A stretch of DNA of 64,000 bases from a bacterium (GCA_963669175.1 OY769902.1:3072001-3136000); one strand, 5' to 3'; shown: positions 38,091 through 49,212, counted from the first letter of the stretch. Notes: generated from the sequence alone by a model not told the origin. Made by a program: numbers and translations.

Positions 38091-39281
38091 TCAGATCACT
38101 TCGATTTCCGGCGAGAAACGGATGACACGTGAACCGGCATCAATATGCGGCTCGAGACGGTCCATCATCTGTTCCTGGTGTTTTTCGGAGGTGATCAAAA
38201 CGACATCCTTGTCGCCAGGCTTCAAATCTTCGAGCGGCTGAATCACGTGCTGACTGCCTGCCAGGACAGCGCCGTATCGTTTCTTGTTGCTGGTGACAAC
38301 CTTCCGGATTTCTTCAATCATGCCTGTATAGTAGAGCATGTCAACGGTCGAAACCCCGGCGCCCAGAACCACAATGCCTTCCGGGAAACGATCTCCGATG
38401 ATTTCAGGCAGTGTGTCCGCAATCCGCTCTTTCCGTTCCAGGAACTCGTCAACCTCGTCGTATACCGTATCGAGGAAATCGGAAGGAGGCGGCACAGGTT
38501 CAACATCAGGCGCTCCCTTATCCGCCTTTTTGCCGAACATGGCGATTTCTGTCTCCTCGTAACCACCCAGCAGGTCAAGCCCCTGAATTGTCATCGCATA
38601 ACGCAGGGTCGGGCTGCTCCAGTAACTTCCACGATGGAAGGTGAAGCCGCCAAAAGTGCATCTGCGAATGACATGGTCCATATTCAATGTGCCCAGGGCA
38701 AGAATGCCGCCCGGCTTGAGAAGGTTGACCATGGTGGAAAGGAGGGTTAACGGATCGATGGTATGTTCCAGGACGGAACGGGCAACGACGAGGTCAAACC
38801 GTTCTTCCGGGAAAATATCCGCCTCAAAGCGTCCCAGTTTGACATCAAAGCCACGTTCTTGTGCAAGCTTAACGGCCTCCGGACGCGCATCAATACCTTC
38901 CGCAGTGAATCCCATCTGTTTCAGGTAAGACAGAGTGTAACCGGCTCCACAGCCGATATCCAACGCTCGTCCCTTTTTCGGGGCATAGCGTTGCAGCGCC
39001 TTCAGGAAACGGTTGGCATCTGCCAGGCCAACACTTGTTTCGCTGGGGGGAAGGGGTGGAGGTTGCCGAAAGGCCATTTCATCAAGAAGTTCCAGACTTA
39101 CCGGTTCATATTGAAATATGAATCCGCAAACTCTGCACATTCCGATGGATAAAGTTCCTGACGTGACTTCATCAGCCTTGCTTTTTACAACGATGCCGCT
39201 GCCGGCATGCGGGTAGTCGTCCAGCGCAATAATTTCTTCAATATCGCTTGCGCTGCACACGGGGCATTGCTCCCGCGCCAT
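38091..39281 (-). CDS. Class I SAM-dependent methyltransferase (sugar C-methyltransferase-like)
   Basis: N-terminal CPVC...CRVCG, LDIGCGAG, VLEH..DP. Confidence 0.8.
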   Translation of the reverse strand: MAREQCPVCSASDIEEIIALDDYPHAGSGIVVKSKADEVTSGTLSIGMCRVCGFIFQYEPVSLELLDEMAFRQPPPLPPSETSVGLADANRFLKALQRYAPKKGRALDIGCGAGYTLSYLKQMGFTAEGIDARPEAVKLAQERGFDVKLGRFEADIFPEERFDLVVARSVLEHTIDPLTLLSTMVNLLKPGGILALGTLNMDHVIRRCTFGGFTFHRGSYWSSPTLRYAMTIQGLDLLGGYEETEIAMFGKKADKGAPDVEPVPPPSDFLDTVYDEVDEFLERKERIADTLPEIIGDRFPEGIVVLGAGVSTVDMLYYTGMIEEIRKVVTSNKKRYGAVLAGSQHVIQPLEDLKPGDKDVVLITSEKHQEQMMDRLEPHIDAGSRVIRFSPEIEVI

Positions 39282-39459
39282 AGTGTCTCGTGCTCCCTGT
39301 GAAGTAAACGGTGGAAAGCTACTAATAACTTAGTTTAAAGTATGACATATTGGAAAAAGTTGTCAAGTGAGATTTTCCGCTTTTTCGGGGATCAGGAATA
39401 CGATAATCAGGGATTTTACCAGTGAGTTATGGGAAATATTAGCACACATTCAGACATGA

Positions 39460-41394
39460 TCAACCGAAATATTCCTGTAACCAGATGCCAAGGTTGGCCA
39501 GCATCCAGAGCTTCATACCCTCATCTTTGCCACGCTTGGAGGTGATGTAATTCTCCAATGTACCAAGGTTAAAGTACTGTCCCATGATCGGTGTCAGGAT
39601 TCGCTCTTTTGCCCAGTTTTCCCATTTGCCGAAGAACCAGCGATCCAGGGGCACCGGAAACGCCGCTTTCGGACGAAGCAGAATCGCGTCGGGAATATCA
39701 CCGGCAAACGCCATGCGAAGCACGTACTTGGTAACATCCTGTTTCCCGGCCACTTCCATTGCGGACATGGCTTTCGCAGCCTGAATATCTTCCTTGCGAC
39801 CAGCCCAGCGAACCTTGTATTTCAGAGGCATCGAGAAACAGTATTCTACCAGGTCACGATCCGTATAGGGAACTCGTCCTTCAACACCCCAGGCCATGGT
39901 TGTGGCATCCAGCCTGAGCAACAGGGCGGACAGGTGAATCTCTTCAAGTATATGCAGGATGTTTTCATAGGGATTGAGCCGGTAAGATTCCAGATCATCC
40001 CAGGTCTCCTGCCAGAATGATGCTATTTCAGATTCGGCGCGATCGATTTCCAGGCCGTCGCCGGCCAGTTGCTGACGCTCGCCCGGAGGAGTCCATTGGT
40101 AGAGGGGCAGGAATTGCTCACGTTGAGAAGCGAACTGAGTTTTTCCGTATAGCGCCTGGAATGTTGCCAGCAAGCGTTGTTGCTGTTCCGGGAGCAAGTC
40201 GGTCTTGCCCAGCGCAATGCTCCTGCTGGTGATATAATCGTGTGGGCTGCGGACCAAATGGGTATACCCACCGAGAAGCTCGTCGGCGCCTTCACCGGAC
40301 AGGACCACCTTGATCCTGCTGCGAAGGATGCGTGACAGGAATTTTAACGGGACTTCATTGGGCACCGACAGGGGAGTGTCCTTGATACGAATCAGCTCTT
40401 CGAATTCCTTGAAATAGCCTGCCTCAGTCAGGGTAAGCTGTTTGTGTGGAATTTGAAGGAACTGCGCTACAGCAGTAGAGTAGGGGAATTCGTTGTAAGC
40501 CTGCTCCTCAAAACCTATGGAGAAAGTCTGCATTTTCCCCTTGTGATGCTTTTTCAGTAGCCGCACCAGCACAGAACTGTCAATACCGCCGGACAGGTAC
40601 GCCCCAACCGGGACATCGGCTATCAGTCTTCTTCGAACCGCAAGGTCCAACTTTTCCCGGAATGTTTCAGCAACTGTCACTTTGCCGGGATCGTCCTTTT
40701 CCTTTTCCGGGATACGTGGCGCTCGCCAGTAGCGTTTTTCCGAACGGCGTCTGTCATTCCAGACCAGGTAGTGCCCGGCCGGGACTTCATGGATATTGCG
40801 GAAGAACGTGCGTCCCTTGAAAGACAAACGATAGTGCGCAAGATAGTTGACTATTGCTGTAGTATCCGGATTTCGGGCGAAAGTCGGATCGGCGAGAATC
40901 GTCTTGATTTCACTGCCGAAACGGAGCAGACCATCCCGAATGGACCAGTAGAGCGGCTTCACGCCGATGGGATCGCGCGCCAGTGTGAGGCGTCGCGGTT
41001 GCGCTTCCCACAGGGCAAATGCGAACATTCCCCTGAACTTGTCCAGGGCGGTTTCTGTGCCCCAGTGCAGCAGAGCTTTGAGAGCTACTTCGGTGTCGCA
41101 TTGAGAAGTAAACGATACGCCGGATTCTTCCAGCTCGGCGCGAAGTTCACGGTAATTATACAGTTCCCCGTTATAGACAAAAGAAATATTCCCGCCATCC
41201 AGTACCCACGGTTGAGCGCCGCCATCGAGATCGATGATGGCAAGTCGGCGATGCCCTAATCCGGCGCCATTTCCCAACCATACGCCACGTCCATCCGGGC
41301 CGCGATGTATCATGGAATCGGTCATTCGATCCAGGAGATCACGGTCAATGTCTTTACGCCCGTCCAGGGCAATCAATCCGCAGATGCCGCACAT
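39460..41394 (-). CDS. asnB: Asparagine synthase (glutamine-hydrolysing) family amidotransferase
   Basis: MCGICG, HRGPD, NGELYN, LSGGIDSS, SGEGADE. Confidence 0.92.
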   Translation of the reverse strand: MCGICGLIALDGRKDIDRDLLDRMTDSMIHRGPDGRGVWLGNGAGLGHRRLAIIDLDGGAQPWVLDGGNISFVYNGELYNYRELRAELEESGVSFTSQCDTEVALKALLHWGTETALDKFRGMFAFALWEAQPRRLTLARDPIGVKPLYWSIRDGLLRFGSEIKTILADPTFARNPDTTAIVNYLAHYRLSFKGRTFFRNIHEVPAGHYLVWNDRRRSEKRYWRAPRIPEKEKDDPGKVTVAETFREKLDLAVRRRLIADVPVGAYLSGGIDSSVLVRLLKKHHKGKMQTFSIGFEEQAYNEFPYSTAVAQFLQIPHKQLTLTEAGYFKEFEELIRIKDTPLSVPNEVPLKFLSRILRSRIKVVLSGEGADELLGGYTHLVRSPHDYITSRSIALGKTDLLPEQQQRLLATFQALYGKTQFASQREQFLPLYQWTPPGERQQLAGDGLEIDRAESEIASFWQETWDDLESYRLNPYENILHILEEIHLSALLLRLDATTMAWGVEGRVPYTDRDLVEYCFSMPLKYKVRWAGRKEDIQAAKAMSAMEVAGKQDVTKYVLRMAFAGDIPDAILLRPKAAFPVPLDRWFFGKWENWAKERILTPIMGQYFNLGTLENYITSKRGKDEGMKLWMLANLGIWLQEYFG

Positions 41395-41612
41395 CCGGCC
41401 AGGTTCCGTAGCTTGGTTGAATGGAATGTTGTGTCTGATAGTGTACGAAAAGCGGCAATAGTACGCAAACACTGTGGATGCCAAGAATTCTGGAACAAGG
41501 GCAGCGATAACTACAGGTGGCTTACAGGGGAGGCTCCGCTGGAGGATGACGTAAATTCTCTCACACAGGACAATTGTTGGCGAATAGCGTTTCAACATCC
41601 TACCTTGGCAAC

Positions 41613-44438
41613 ATGGCGATATGGGTGCAAAATATTCTTAATGTCCGGCAGGGCGAAGGAAAGAAGGCTGCCTTGATGTTCTTCTATCCCTTCCTGCTGA
41701 TCTCCACGCTCCTGATGGTGAAACCGGTCAGAACATCCCTGTTCCTGACCGAGTTGGGGGTGTCTGCGCTACCATACGCCTACATCCTGGTCGCTGTCTC
41801 TTCGGCAATCCTGATCACTGTCTATTCACGATTAGCGGAACATCATCGTTTACACAAGATGATTTACACAACTCTTGGCCTTTCAATCGCAAGCCTGTTG
41901 GTATTCTGGTTGCTGCTGACTATCGACTACCGAGCCCAGTGGTTGTATTATCTCTTCTGGGCGTGGGTGGCGATCTTTGGGCCTGTTGTTGTCAGCCAGT
42001 TCTGGCTATTGGCGAATTATGTTTTTGATGCACGAGAAGCCAAGCGTCTTTTCAGCCTGCTGGGCGCCGGAGCAATCAGTGGCGGTATCGTTGGAGGTAG
42101 TTTCACCAGCCTCATGACTCCACTGATCGGAACGAACCAGATGCTGCTGTGCGGAGCTGTATTCCTTACGATCAGTGTAGTACTGGTGAAATTGATATGG
42201 AATCAGGAAACTCGTGAACGCTATTCCGATCAATTGAAACGAAGAAAAAAGTACAAATTCGCCAGCGAAGAGAAGCCCACGTTAGCCTTGATCTTCGAAT
42301 CACAGCATCTGACTTACTGGATGCTGCTTGTGGCGATTTCCGTCATCGTTGCCAACCTGGTTGATTATCAATACAACGCCATAGCCAGTAGTGTCATCAC
42401 CGATGCCGATGAGCTCACAGCCTTCTTTGGACTTTGGACGTCCATTTTGAATTTTGCTTCGCTGCTGATCCAGGTCTTTCTGACCAGCAAGTTTATCAAG
42501 AAGTTTGGCGTATCAGCCTCATTGTTTTTCCTGCCGGTTGGGATCATTATCGGGGCAATTTGTGTTTTGGGGACAGGCGCATTATGGGCCGCTGTACTGA
42601 TGCGGTCTAGTGAAGGCAGTATAAAACAATCCATCAATAAGGCCAGCCTGGAATTGCTGGCACTGCCCGTCCCGGCCGAAATAAAAAACAGGGTGAAGGC
42701 GTTTATCGATATTTTTATCGATAACCTGTCAACCGGGTTGGTAGGTTTGATGCTGATCGGGATGACATATTTCCTGAAATGGAATGTCCAGCAAATCGGG
42801 TATGTCATCCTGGGATTGCTTGGGGTATGGCTCTTCCTGAATGTTCAGATGCGAAAAGCCTATGTCCTGGCATTCCGTCAAGCCATTGAGAAACGGACCA
42901 TTCACCTCAAAGATGAAACCGCCCGTCTTGATGACGCTTCCCTTTTGAACAGCCTGTTGACACTGCTTGAAGGCGAAAACGTGCGTCAGATTCTCTATGT
43001 ACTGTCAATTATGGAAAATACCCAGAGTGAAAGACTGGCGCCGTATCTGGATCGTTTATTGGACAACGATAATGAAGAGGTGTTGATTCACACGCTACGG
43101 CTGGCATATCAACAGAAGAATATGGACTTGCAGGAGAAGGTTTGGCCCTTGATCAAACATGACAATCAGCTCGTGCGGATAGAATCTGTGCGATATATCC
43201 TGTTGTCAGCAGAAGATTCCAGAGCCTTGTTCCAGGATTTTATCAAGGATGAAGATATTCGTATACGACTTGCTGCATTGATGGTGGCGGCGCTTGAATA
43301 CAACAGTCTTAAAGATACGGATGGGGTTGAGGTATTCAGAGAATTTTTCACGCGTCTCAATGACGAAATCCAGAATCTGGATGCCGATCAAGATGAGATT
43401 GAATTTTATAAGAAAGAATTTGCCTGCATACTTGGAGCGGCTAAGGATCCTGAATTATATCCTTATCTGCATCTTCTGCTGGGTGATACTTCGCTAAATA
43501 CGCTTCGCCATGCTATCCGTGCTGCCGGCAATACAAGAAGTGAGGAATTTATCCCTACGCTGATTGCTCATCTCAGTACGAGGCGAGTCAGGGGGGTAGC
43601 CCAGGAGGCGCTGGCATCCTACGGTGAAACCATATTGCCGCACCTGTTGCCGCGAATGGATGACCCGCATGAGGATATACGCATCCGAGTTGCCGTACCG
43701 GAAATCATGTATCGTATTTCTTCCCAGGAAGTTGTGACTGTACTTGAAAACTACCTGGCAATCCCGGATGTTATAGTGCGTGATTCCGTTATCCGCGCAC
43801 TGAGTAAAATCAAATCTCGATATAAATCTCTGAAGTGTAACAAACAGATTGTCGCAACCCGGATCAGGGAAGAGGCCAGGCATTATTGTCATATGCTTCT
43901 GGTCTATCATACCCAGCTAAATGTCCTGAAACGGTCCAGGAAGACGAATGATGAAAACAGTGCGTTGAACCTGCTGGTGCGTGCAATCGAAGAGCGATTG
44001 GCAAAAACGCTTGAATGGACATTCCGTCTCCTGTCCATGACCTACTCGCCGGATGACATGTACAATGCGTATACAGGTGTTATTCATGAGAAAGCAGACT
44101 TGCGTGCCAATGCTGTGGAGTTCCTGGATAATGTGCTTGAACATGATCTGAAAAGAGTTATTTTACCTTTGGCCGAGCACAGGACCAGCAGAGTGCTGGT
44201 AAAACATGCCAGGGAGATGTACGGTCTCCAATCTCCGACCGAAGAGGAAAGCCTGGAATACCTGGTGAATACGACAGATGGATGGTTGCGCGCCTGTACC
44301 TTGTTCCGGCTGGCGGAGATTGCTGATCCTGATTATGAACTGTTCGCAGAGAAACACCTGAATGATCAATTCCCGGTAGTGCGCGAGACTGCGCAACTTG
44401 TAATGAGAAAGTTGAACAGGTCAGAGCAGTCAGAGTAA
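41613..44438 (+). CDS. Npt1/Npt2-like nucleotide transporter with HEAT repeats
   Basis: KPVRTSLFL, SQFWLLAN.VFD.REAKRLF, ~12 TM then helical repeats. Confidence 0.8.
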   Translation: MAIWVQNILNVRQGEGKKAALMFFYPFLLISTLLMVKPVRTSLFLTELGVSALPYAYILVAVSSAILITVYSRLAEHHRLHKMIYTTLGLSIASLLVFWLLLTIDYRAQWLYYLFWAWVAIFGPVVVSQFWLLANYVFDAREAKRLFSLLGAGAISGGIVGGSFTSLMTPLIGTNQMLLCGAVFLTISVVLVKLIWNQETRERYSDQLKRRKKYKFASEEKPTLALIFESQHLTYWMLLVAISVIVANLVDYQYNAIASSVITDADELTAFFGLWTSILNFASLLIQVFLTSKFIKKFGVSASLFFLPVGIIIGAICVLGTGALWAAVLMRSSEGSIKQSINKASLELLALPVPAEIKNRVKAFIDIFIDNLSTGLVGLMLIGMTYFLKWNVQQIGYVILGLLGVWLFLNVQMRKAYVLAFRQAIEKRTIHLKDETARLDDASLLNSLLTLLEGENVRQILYVLSIMENTQSERLAPYLDRLLDNDNEEVLIHTLRLAYQQKNMDLQEKVWPLIKHDNQLVRIESVRYILLSAEDSRALFQDFIKDEDIRIRLAALMVAALEYNSLKDTDGVEVFREFFTRLNDEIQNLDADQDEIEFYKKEFACILGAAKDPELYPYLHLLLGDTSLNTLRHAIRAAGNTRSEEFIPTLIAHLSTRRVRGVAQEALASYGETILPHLLPRMDDPHEDIRIRVAVPEIMYRISSQEVVTVLENYLAIPDVIVRDSVIRALSKIKSRYKSLKCNKQIVATRIREEARHYCHMLLVYHTQLNVLKRSRKTNDENSALNLLVRAIEERLAKTLEWTFRLLSMTYSPDDMYNAYTGVIHEKADLRANAVEFLDNVLEHDLKRVILPLAEHRTSRVLVKHAREMYGLQSPTEEESLEYLVNTTDGWLRACTLFRLAEIADPDYELFAEKHLNDQFPVVRETAQLVMRKLNRSEQSE

Positions 44439-44464
44439 GCTGAACCTTTAACTCGATAGAATCC

Positions 44465-44911
44465 ATGTTAACAGTCGTCGAGAAAGTCATTTTCTTGCAG
44501 GATATTGATGTGTTCCAGCCGATTCCCACATCGGATCTGGCGCACCTGGCTGCTATTACCGAGCAGTTGAATTTCTCGAAATCCAGCATCCTGTTCAAAA
44601 AGGGCGATATCTCCGACTCGATGTACATGGTGATTGAGGGTAAAGTCAGGTTGCATCGTGATGGGGCGGAGGTGATGGTAGCCGGGTATAAGGAAGTGTT
44701 TGGAACCTGGGCCTTGTTTGACGATGAACCCCGCATGGTGACTGCAGAAGCAATTGAGGATACTACAGTACTGCGGATCGACAAGGAAGACTTCATCGAT
44801 CTGCTGGCTGATCATGTGGAAATCACCCAGGGCATTTTGAAAGCGGTGGTTCAGCGTTTGCGAACACTCGTGGCTGTGGTGGAGAGAGACGCCCGTACCC
44901 GAGGCGCATGA
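44465..44911 (+). CDS. Cyclic-nucleotide-binding domain protein
   Basis: VEKVIFL, LFKKGD....MYMVIEG.V, FG..ALFD.EPR...A. Confidence 0.85.
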   Translation: MLTVVEKVIFLQDIDVFQPIPTSDLAHLAAITEQLNFSKSSILFKKGDISDSMYMVIEGKVRLHRDGAEVMVAGYKEVFGTWALFDDEPRMVTAEAIEDTTVLRIDKEDFIDLLADHVEITQGILKAVVQRLRTLVAVVERDARTRGA

Positions 44912-45062
44912 TCCCTGCATCATGTGAGTTACAAGTGTGATCTAACAATTGGTTTTCCTTGTTCTTGAGAGCGGAGACACGTCCTTTCGAGGTCTTGCGA
45001 ATCAGGGATCGAACGAATACCTTATGGCTCGCTTGACACACTGTGTTGAGCATTGGTTTTCC

Positions 45063-45137
45063 GGGGCAGTAGCTCAGTTTGGTTAGAGTGCCGGCCTGTC
45101 ACGCCGGAGGTCGCGAGTTCGAGCCTCGTCTGCCCCG
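45063..45137 (+). tRNA. tRNA-Asp (GTC), CCA not encoded
   Basis: Acceptor GGGGCAG/CTGCCCC, anticodon arm CCGGC-CTGTCAC-GCCGG, GTTCGAG T-loop. Confidence 0.95.
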
Positions 45138-45143
45138 CTGTAG

Positions 45144-45178
45144 AAGCCTCAACGAAGGTTCTTCGTTGAGGCTTTTTT
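45144..45178 (+). terminator. Terminator after tRNA-Asp
   Basis: 14-bp stem AAGCCTCAACGAAG/CTTCGTTGAGGCTT plus T run. Confidence 0.8.
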
Positions 45179-45245
45179 CAGGAGTACCGGTATCGAGGGT
45201 CCCGTAGAACGACCTTCGTGGAGATAGATACGAACGGAGGCAATC

Positions 45246-46469
45246 ATGTCCCCACTCAGCTCGAAGCAGTGCATTGACATGGAAGCGACTTTCGGTGCAC
45301 ACAACTATCATCCACTGCCCATCGTTATCGCACGCGGCGAAGGTGTATGGGTTTGGGATCCCGAAGGCAATACCTACATGGACTGCCTCGCGGCGTACAG
45401 TGCACTGAACCAGGGCTATGGCCATCCGCGCATTATGGAAGCGGCTCGCCAGCAGCTCGAAACCGGTGTAACACTCACCAGCCGTGCTTTCTTTAACACG
45501 CGTCTTGGTGAATTCCTCAAGATGGTCAGCGAGATCACCGGTCATGATCGTGTGCTGCCGATGAACACCGGCGCAGAAGCGGTTGAATCCGCGATCAAGC
45601 TCGCCCGTAAATGGGGCTACGAGAAGAAGGGCGTTCCTGCGGACGAGGCGGAGATCCTTACCTTTGCCGGCAACTTCCATGGTCGCACGACAACCATCGT
45701 CGGTTTCTCGACAGACGAAGACTACAAGAAGAACTTCGGCCCGTTTACACCTGGATTCACATCCGCCATTTTCGGCGATTATGATTCCTTCCTTGAGAAT
45801 GTTACCGACAATACCGTCGCCATCCTGATCGAGCCGATCCAGGCTGAAGGCGGCATTCTGATTCCGCCGGCAGGTTATCTGAAGAAGGTGGCGGATTACT
45901 GTAAAGAACATAACATCCTGTTCATGGCGGACGAGATTCAGACCGGCCTGGGACGTACCGGCAAGATGTTCGCTTGCGAGTGGGAAGATGTACATCCTGA
46001 TGTATATACCCTGGCAAAAGCCATCAGCGGTGGCTTCATGCCGGTCAGCGTGGTGACAGCCAACGCGGACGTGATGGATGTCTTCACCCCCGGTATCCAT
46101 GGCAGCACCTACGGCGGCAATCCGCTCGGAGCCGCGGTCGCAGTTGAAGCGCTCAAGGTTCTCCTTGAGGAAAAGCTTCCGGAACGCGCTGCGGAACTGG
46201 GCGAATACTTCGTTGAAAAGCTGAAAGCCATTGATTCACCGCATGTAAAGACGATCCGTGCGCGCGGCCTGTTGGTCGGTGTCGAGATCAAGAAAGAAAG
46301 CGGCGTGGCGCGCCCCTTCTGCGAAAAGCTCAAGGAAAAGGGAATCCTGGCGAAGGAAACCCATGAAAGCGTTATCCGCTTTGCGCCTCCGCTTGTTATC
46401 AAGAAGGAAGAAATCGACTGGGCGCTGGAACGCATCGAAGCCGTTCTTACCACTGAAGCCCCGGTTTGA
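45246..46469 (+). CDS. rocD: Ornithine aminotransferase
   Basis: AHNYHPLP, AYSALNQG, MNTGAEAVE, DEIQTGLGRTG, HGSTYGGNPL. Confidence 0.93.
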   Translation: MSPLSSKQCIDMEATFGAHNYHPLPIVIARGEGVWVWDPEGNTYMDCLAAYSALNQGYGHPRIMEAARQQLETGVTLTSRAFFNTRLGEFLKMVSEITGHDRVLPMNTGAEAVESAIKLARKWGYEKKGVPADEAEILTFAGNFHGRTTTIVGFSTDEDYKKNFGPFTPGFTSAIFGDYDSFLENVTDNTVAILIEPIQAEGGILIPPAGYLKKVADYCKEHNILFMADEIQTGLGRTGKMFACEWEDVHPDVYTLAKAISGGFMPVSVVTANADVMDVFTPGIHGSTYGGNPLGAAVAVEALKVLLEEKLPERAAELGEYFVEKLKAIDSPHVKTIRARGLLVGVEIKKESGVARPFCEKLKEKGILAKETHESVIRFAPPLVIKKEEIDWALERIEAVLTTEAPV

Positions 46470-46511
46470 TCTAATCTCTTTATTTGCTTGTAGTTCTGTT
46501 TAGATCGCTAC

Positions 46512-46544
46512 TGCCCGAGCCTACCGAGGCTCGGGCATTTTTTT
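46512..46544 (+). terminator. rocD terminator
   Basis: TGCCCGAGCCT/AGGCTCGGGCA plus T7. Confidence 0.85.
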
Positions 46545-46554
46545 GGTTTTCATC

Positions 46555-46583
46555 TTGACCAAAGCGGCGGTGGAGAGTAGCTT
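46555..46583 (+). promoter_or_regulatory. Sigma70-like promoter TTGACC-N17-TAGCTT
   Basis: Correct spacing, 45 nt upstream of glgP. Confidence 0.5.
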
Positions 46584-46628
46584 CAACTATCATGTCTAAT
46601 CATGTTCCATTGATCTACAGGAAGAGCC

Positions 46629-49208
46629 ATGCACCCAGCCCATACTTTCCATGTTACTCCCAAGCTGCCAAAGAACCTGGAACGCTTACGCGATATCATC
46701 TATAACCTGCACTGGACCTGGAATCATGAAGCGATAGATCTGTTTCGCAGGCTTGACCAGGATTTGTTCAAGAAGGTCGGCCAGAATCCGGTCAAGCTTA
46801 TCGCCCAGGTCAGCCAGGAACGCTTGAAGGAAGCTTCCGAGGATGACGGCTTCCTGAGCCACCTGGAGCGTGTCTGGTTGGACTTCGAAGTGTACCAGAG
46901 CGAAAAAACCTGGTACAAGTCAACCTATGACAATCATGAGGACCTGAAAATCGTTTATTTCTCCGCGGAGTTCGGGTTGCATGAGAGTATCCCCGTGTAT
47001 TCGGGTGGTTTGGGCATCCTTGCCGGTGATTACCTGAAAGCTGTCAGCGACCTTGGCGTACCCATGGTTGGCGTTGGGCTGATGTATCAGAAGGGGTATT
47101 TCACCCAGTATCTGAACGCTGAAGGGTGGCAGGGTGAGAAGTATCCGGAAACAGATCTGTTCCATACGCCGGTGCGGTTGCTGCGTAACGAGGATGAAAC
47201 TCCGCTCGAGTTTGAGTTGCGTGTTGGTCCGCGTGATGTCAAGGTTCACATCTGGCTGGCAAAGGTTGGCCGGGTCAATCTGTACCTGCTGGATACAAAT
47301 GTTGTGGCAAATCATCCTGATGATCGCAGTATCACCGAGAACCTGTATGGTGGCGACACGGAGACACGTGTCAAGCAGGAGATCGTGCTTGGTGTCGGTG
47401 GTATACAGGCAATGGAACTGCTGGGAATCAAGGGTTCAATCTACCATATGAATGAAGGCCATTCCGCGTTCATGGCGCTGGAACGGATTCGTATGCTGAT
47501 GGAGAAGCAGCATATGAGTTTCGATGAAGCTCGTGAAGCTGCGCGCGCTGGAAATGTCTTTACCACACATACCCCGGTTCCGGCGGGTATTGATCGTTTC
47601 GGGCTGGATCTGGTTGAGAAGTATTTCAGCGATTACTGGCCCACACTTGGTATTGACAAGACACGCTTCTTTGAACTTGGCGGGGTCGGTTCGCAGGGCA
47701 ATGAGACCAGCTTCAACATGGCGATTCTGGCCATTCGTTTATCCGCGTATACCAATGGCGTGAGTGATTTGCATGCCAAGGTCAGCCAGGACATGTGGCA
47801 CTACCTCTGGCCGCAGTTCCCCAAATACGAAGCGCCGATTTACCCGATCCGCAATGCGATTCATGCGCGTTCCTGGATCGCTCAGGACATCAGCATGTTG
47901 CTGGACCGTTATCTCGGCGCAAAGTGGGAAGAGGATCCGACCAACCGGAACATGTGGAAGCGGGTACAACAGATATCAACTGAAGAGTTCTGGCGGACTC
48001 GGGAACGTCAGCGCGCCCGTCTGGTGGAATTTGCCCGCGACCGTCTGGCGCAACAGTTCAAGCAGCGTGATGAAACCCACACTGTGATTGAACGCGCCAA
48101 GGATGTGCTTGACATTCAGGCGCTGACCATCGGGTTTGCAAGGCGTTTTGCCACATACAAACGTGGCAGCCTGCTGATGAGTGACAAGGAACGCTTGAAG
48201 AGGATTCTGAACAATCCGAACATGCCGGTGCAGTTGATTTTCGCGGGGAAGGCGCATCCGCAGGATAATCCCGGCAAGCAGGTTATTCGTGACATTATTC
48301 ATTTCGCCCGTGAAGAAGAAGTACGCAACAAGATTGTATTTCTTGAAGATTATGATATCGGTGTTGCTCGCAAGATGGTGCAAGGGTGCGATATCTGGCT
48401 GAACAATCCCCGTCCACCAAAAGAAGCTTCGGGCACAAGCGGTATGAAGGCCGCTGTAAATGGCGTCATACATGTCAGTACACTTGATGGCTGGTGGGCG
48501 GACATCTTCACCCCGGAAATCGGTTGGGCGATTGGCGCCGGTGAGAAGTATGAGGGAAGCGTATTCCAGACCGATGACATGGAAGAGTACCAGGATAAGG
48601 TTGAGTCGCAAGCCCTGTACGATTTGCTGGAAAACGAAATCGTTCCCCTGTTCTACAAACGGGATCGTGCCGGTGTGCCCCGTGGCTGGGTGCAGAAAGT
48701 ACTCAAGATGATGGAGGTTGTCTGTCCGGAGTACATCACCTCGAATATGGTATTCAACTATACATCCAAGGCATATTTGCCCTGCCATGAACGTGCGACA
48801 CGACTGGCTGAAGACAGTTACAAACGGTCACGTGATCTGATCAAATGGGAGAAGCGTATTCACACCTCCTGGAGGGATGTGAAAATCCTGCAGGTGGAGT
48901 CGGAGTACATAAAGAACCTGACAGTTGGGAATACACTTCCGATACGCGCTACAGTACATCTTGGCAAGCTTCGTCATAGTGATGTCAAGGTGCAGGTGTT
49001 TATGGGCACTTTGGCCGGGGATCGTGAGTTAAAGAATGGGAGCGGCATTGACCTGAACTATTTCCACGATGTTGAATCTGACAAGGCTTTGTTTGTAGGT
49101 GACATTCCATGTGATACATCAGGAAATCATGGTTTCTCCATCAGGGTGTTGCCTTTCCATGAAGACATGAACAGTCCGCTGGATCTTGGGGTAGTTTGCT
49201 GGGAGTGA
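46629..49208 (+). CDS. glgP: Alpha-glucan phosphorylase
   Basis: YSGGLGILAGD, HMNEGH, ARRFATYKR, EASGTSGMKA. Confidence 0.95.
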   Translation: MHPAHTFHVTPKLPKNLERLRDIIYNLHWTWNHEAIDLFRRLDQDLFKKVGQNPVKLIAQVSQERLKEASEDDGFLSHLERVWLDFEVYQSEKTWYKSTYDNHEDLKIVYFSAEFGLHESIPVYSGGLGILAGDYLKAVSDLGVPMVGVGLMYQKGYFTQYLNAEGWQGEKYPETDLFHTPVRLLRNEDETPLEFELRVGPRDVKVHIWLAKVGRVNLYLLDTNVVANHPDDRSITENLYGGDTETRVKQEIVLGVGGIQAMELLGIKGSIYHMNEGHSAFMALERIRMLMEKQHMSFDEAREAARAGNVFTTHTPVPAGIDRFGLDLVEKYFSDYWPTLGIDKTRFFELGGVGSQGNETSFNMAILAIRLSAYTNGVSDLHAKVSQDMWHYLWPQFPKYEAPIYPIRNAIHARSWIAQDISMLLDRYLGAKWEEDPTNRNMWKRVQQISTEEFWRTRERQRARLVEFARDRLAQQFKQRDETHTVIERAKDVLDIQALTIGFARRFATYKRGSLLMSDKERLKRILNNPNMPVQLIFAGKAHPQDNPGKQVIRDIIHFAREEEVRNKIVFLEDYDIGVARKMVQGCDIWLNNPRPPKEASGTSGMKAAVNGVIHVSTLDGWWADIFTPEIGWAIGAGEKYEGSVFQTDDMEEYQDKVESQALYDLLENEIVPLFYKRDRAGVPRGWVQKVLKMMEVVCPEYITSNMVFNYTSKAYLPCHERATRLAEDSYKRSRDLIKWEKRIHTSWRDVKILQVESEYIKNLTVGNTLPIRATVHLGKLRHSDVKVQVFMGTLAGDRELKNGSGIDLNYFHDVESDKALFVGDIPCDTSGNHGFSIRVLPFHEDMNSPLDLGVVCWE

Positions 49209-49212
49209 TTCG

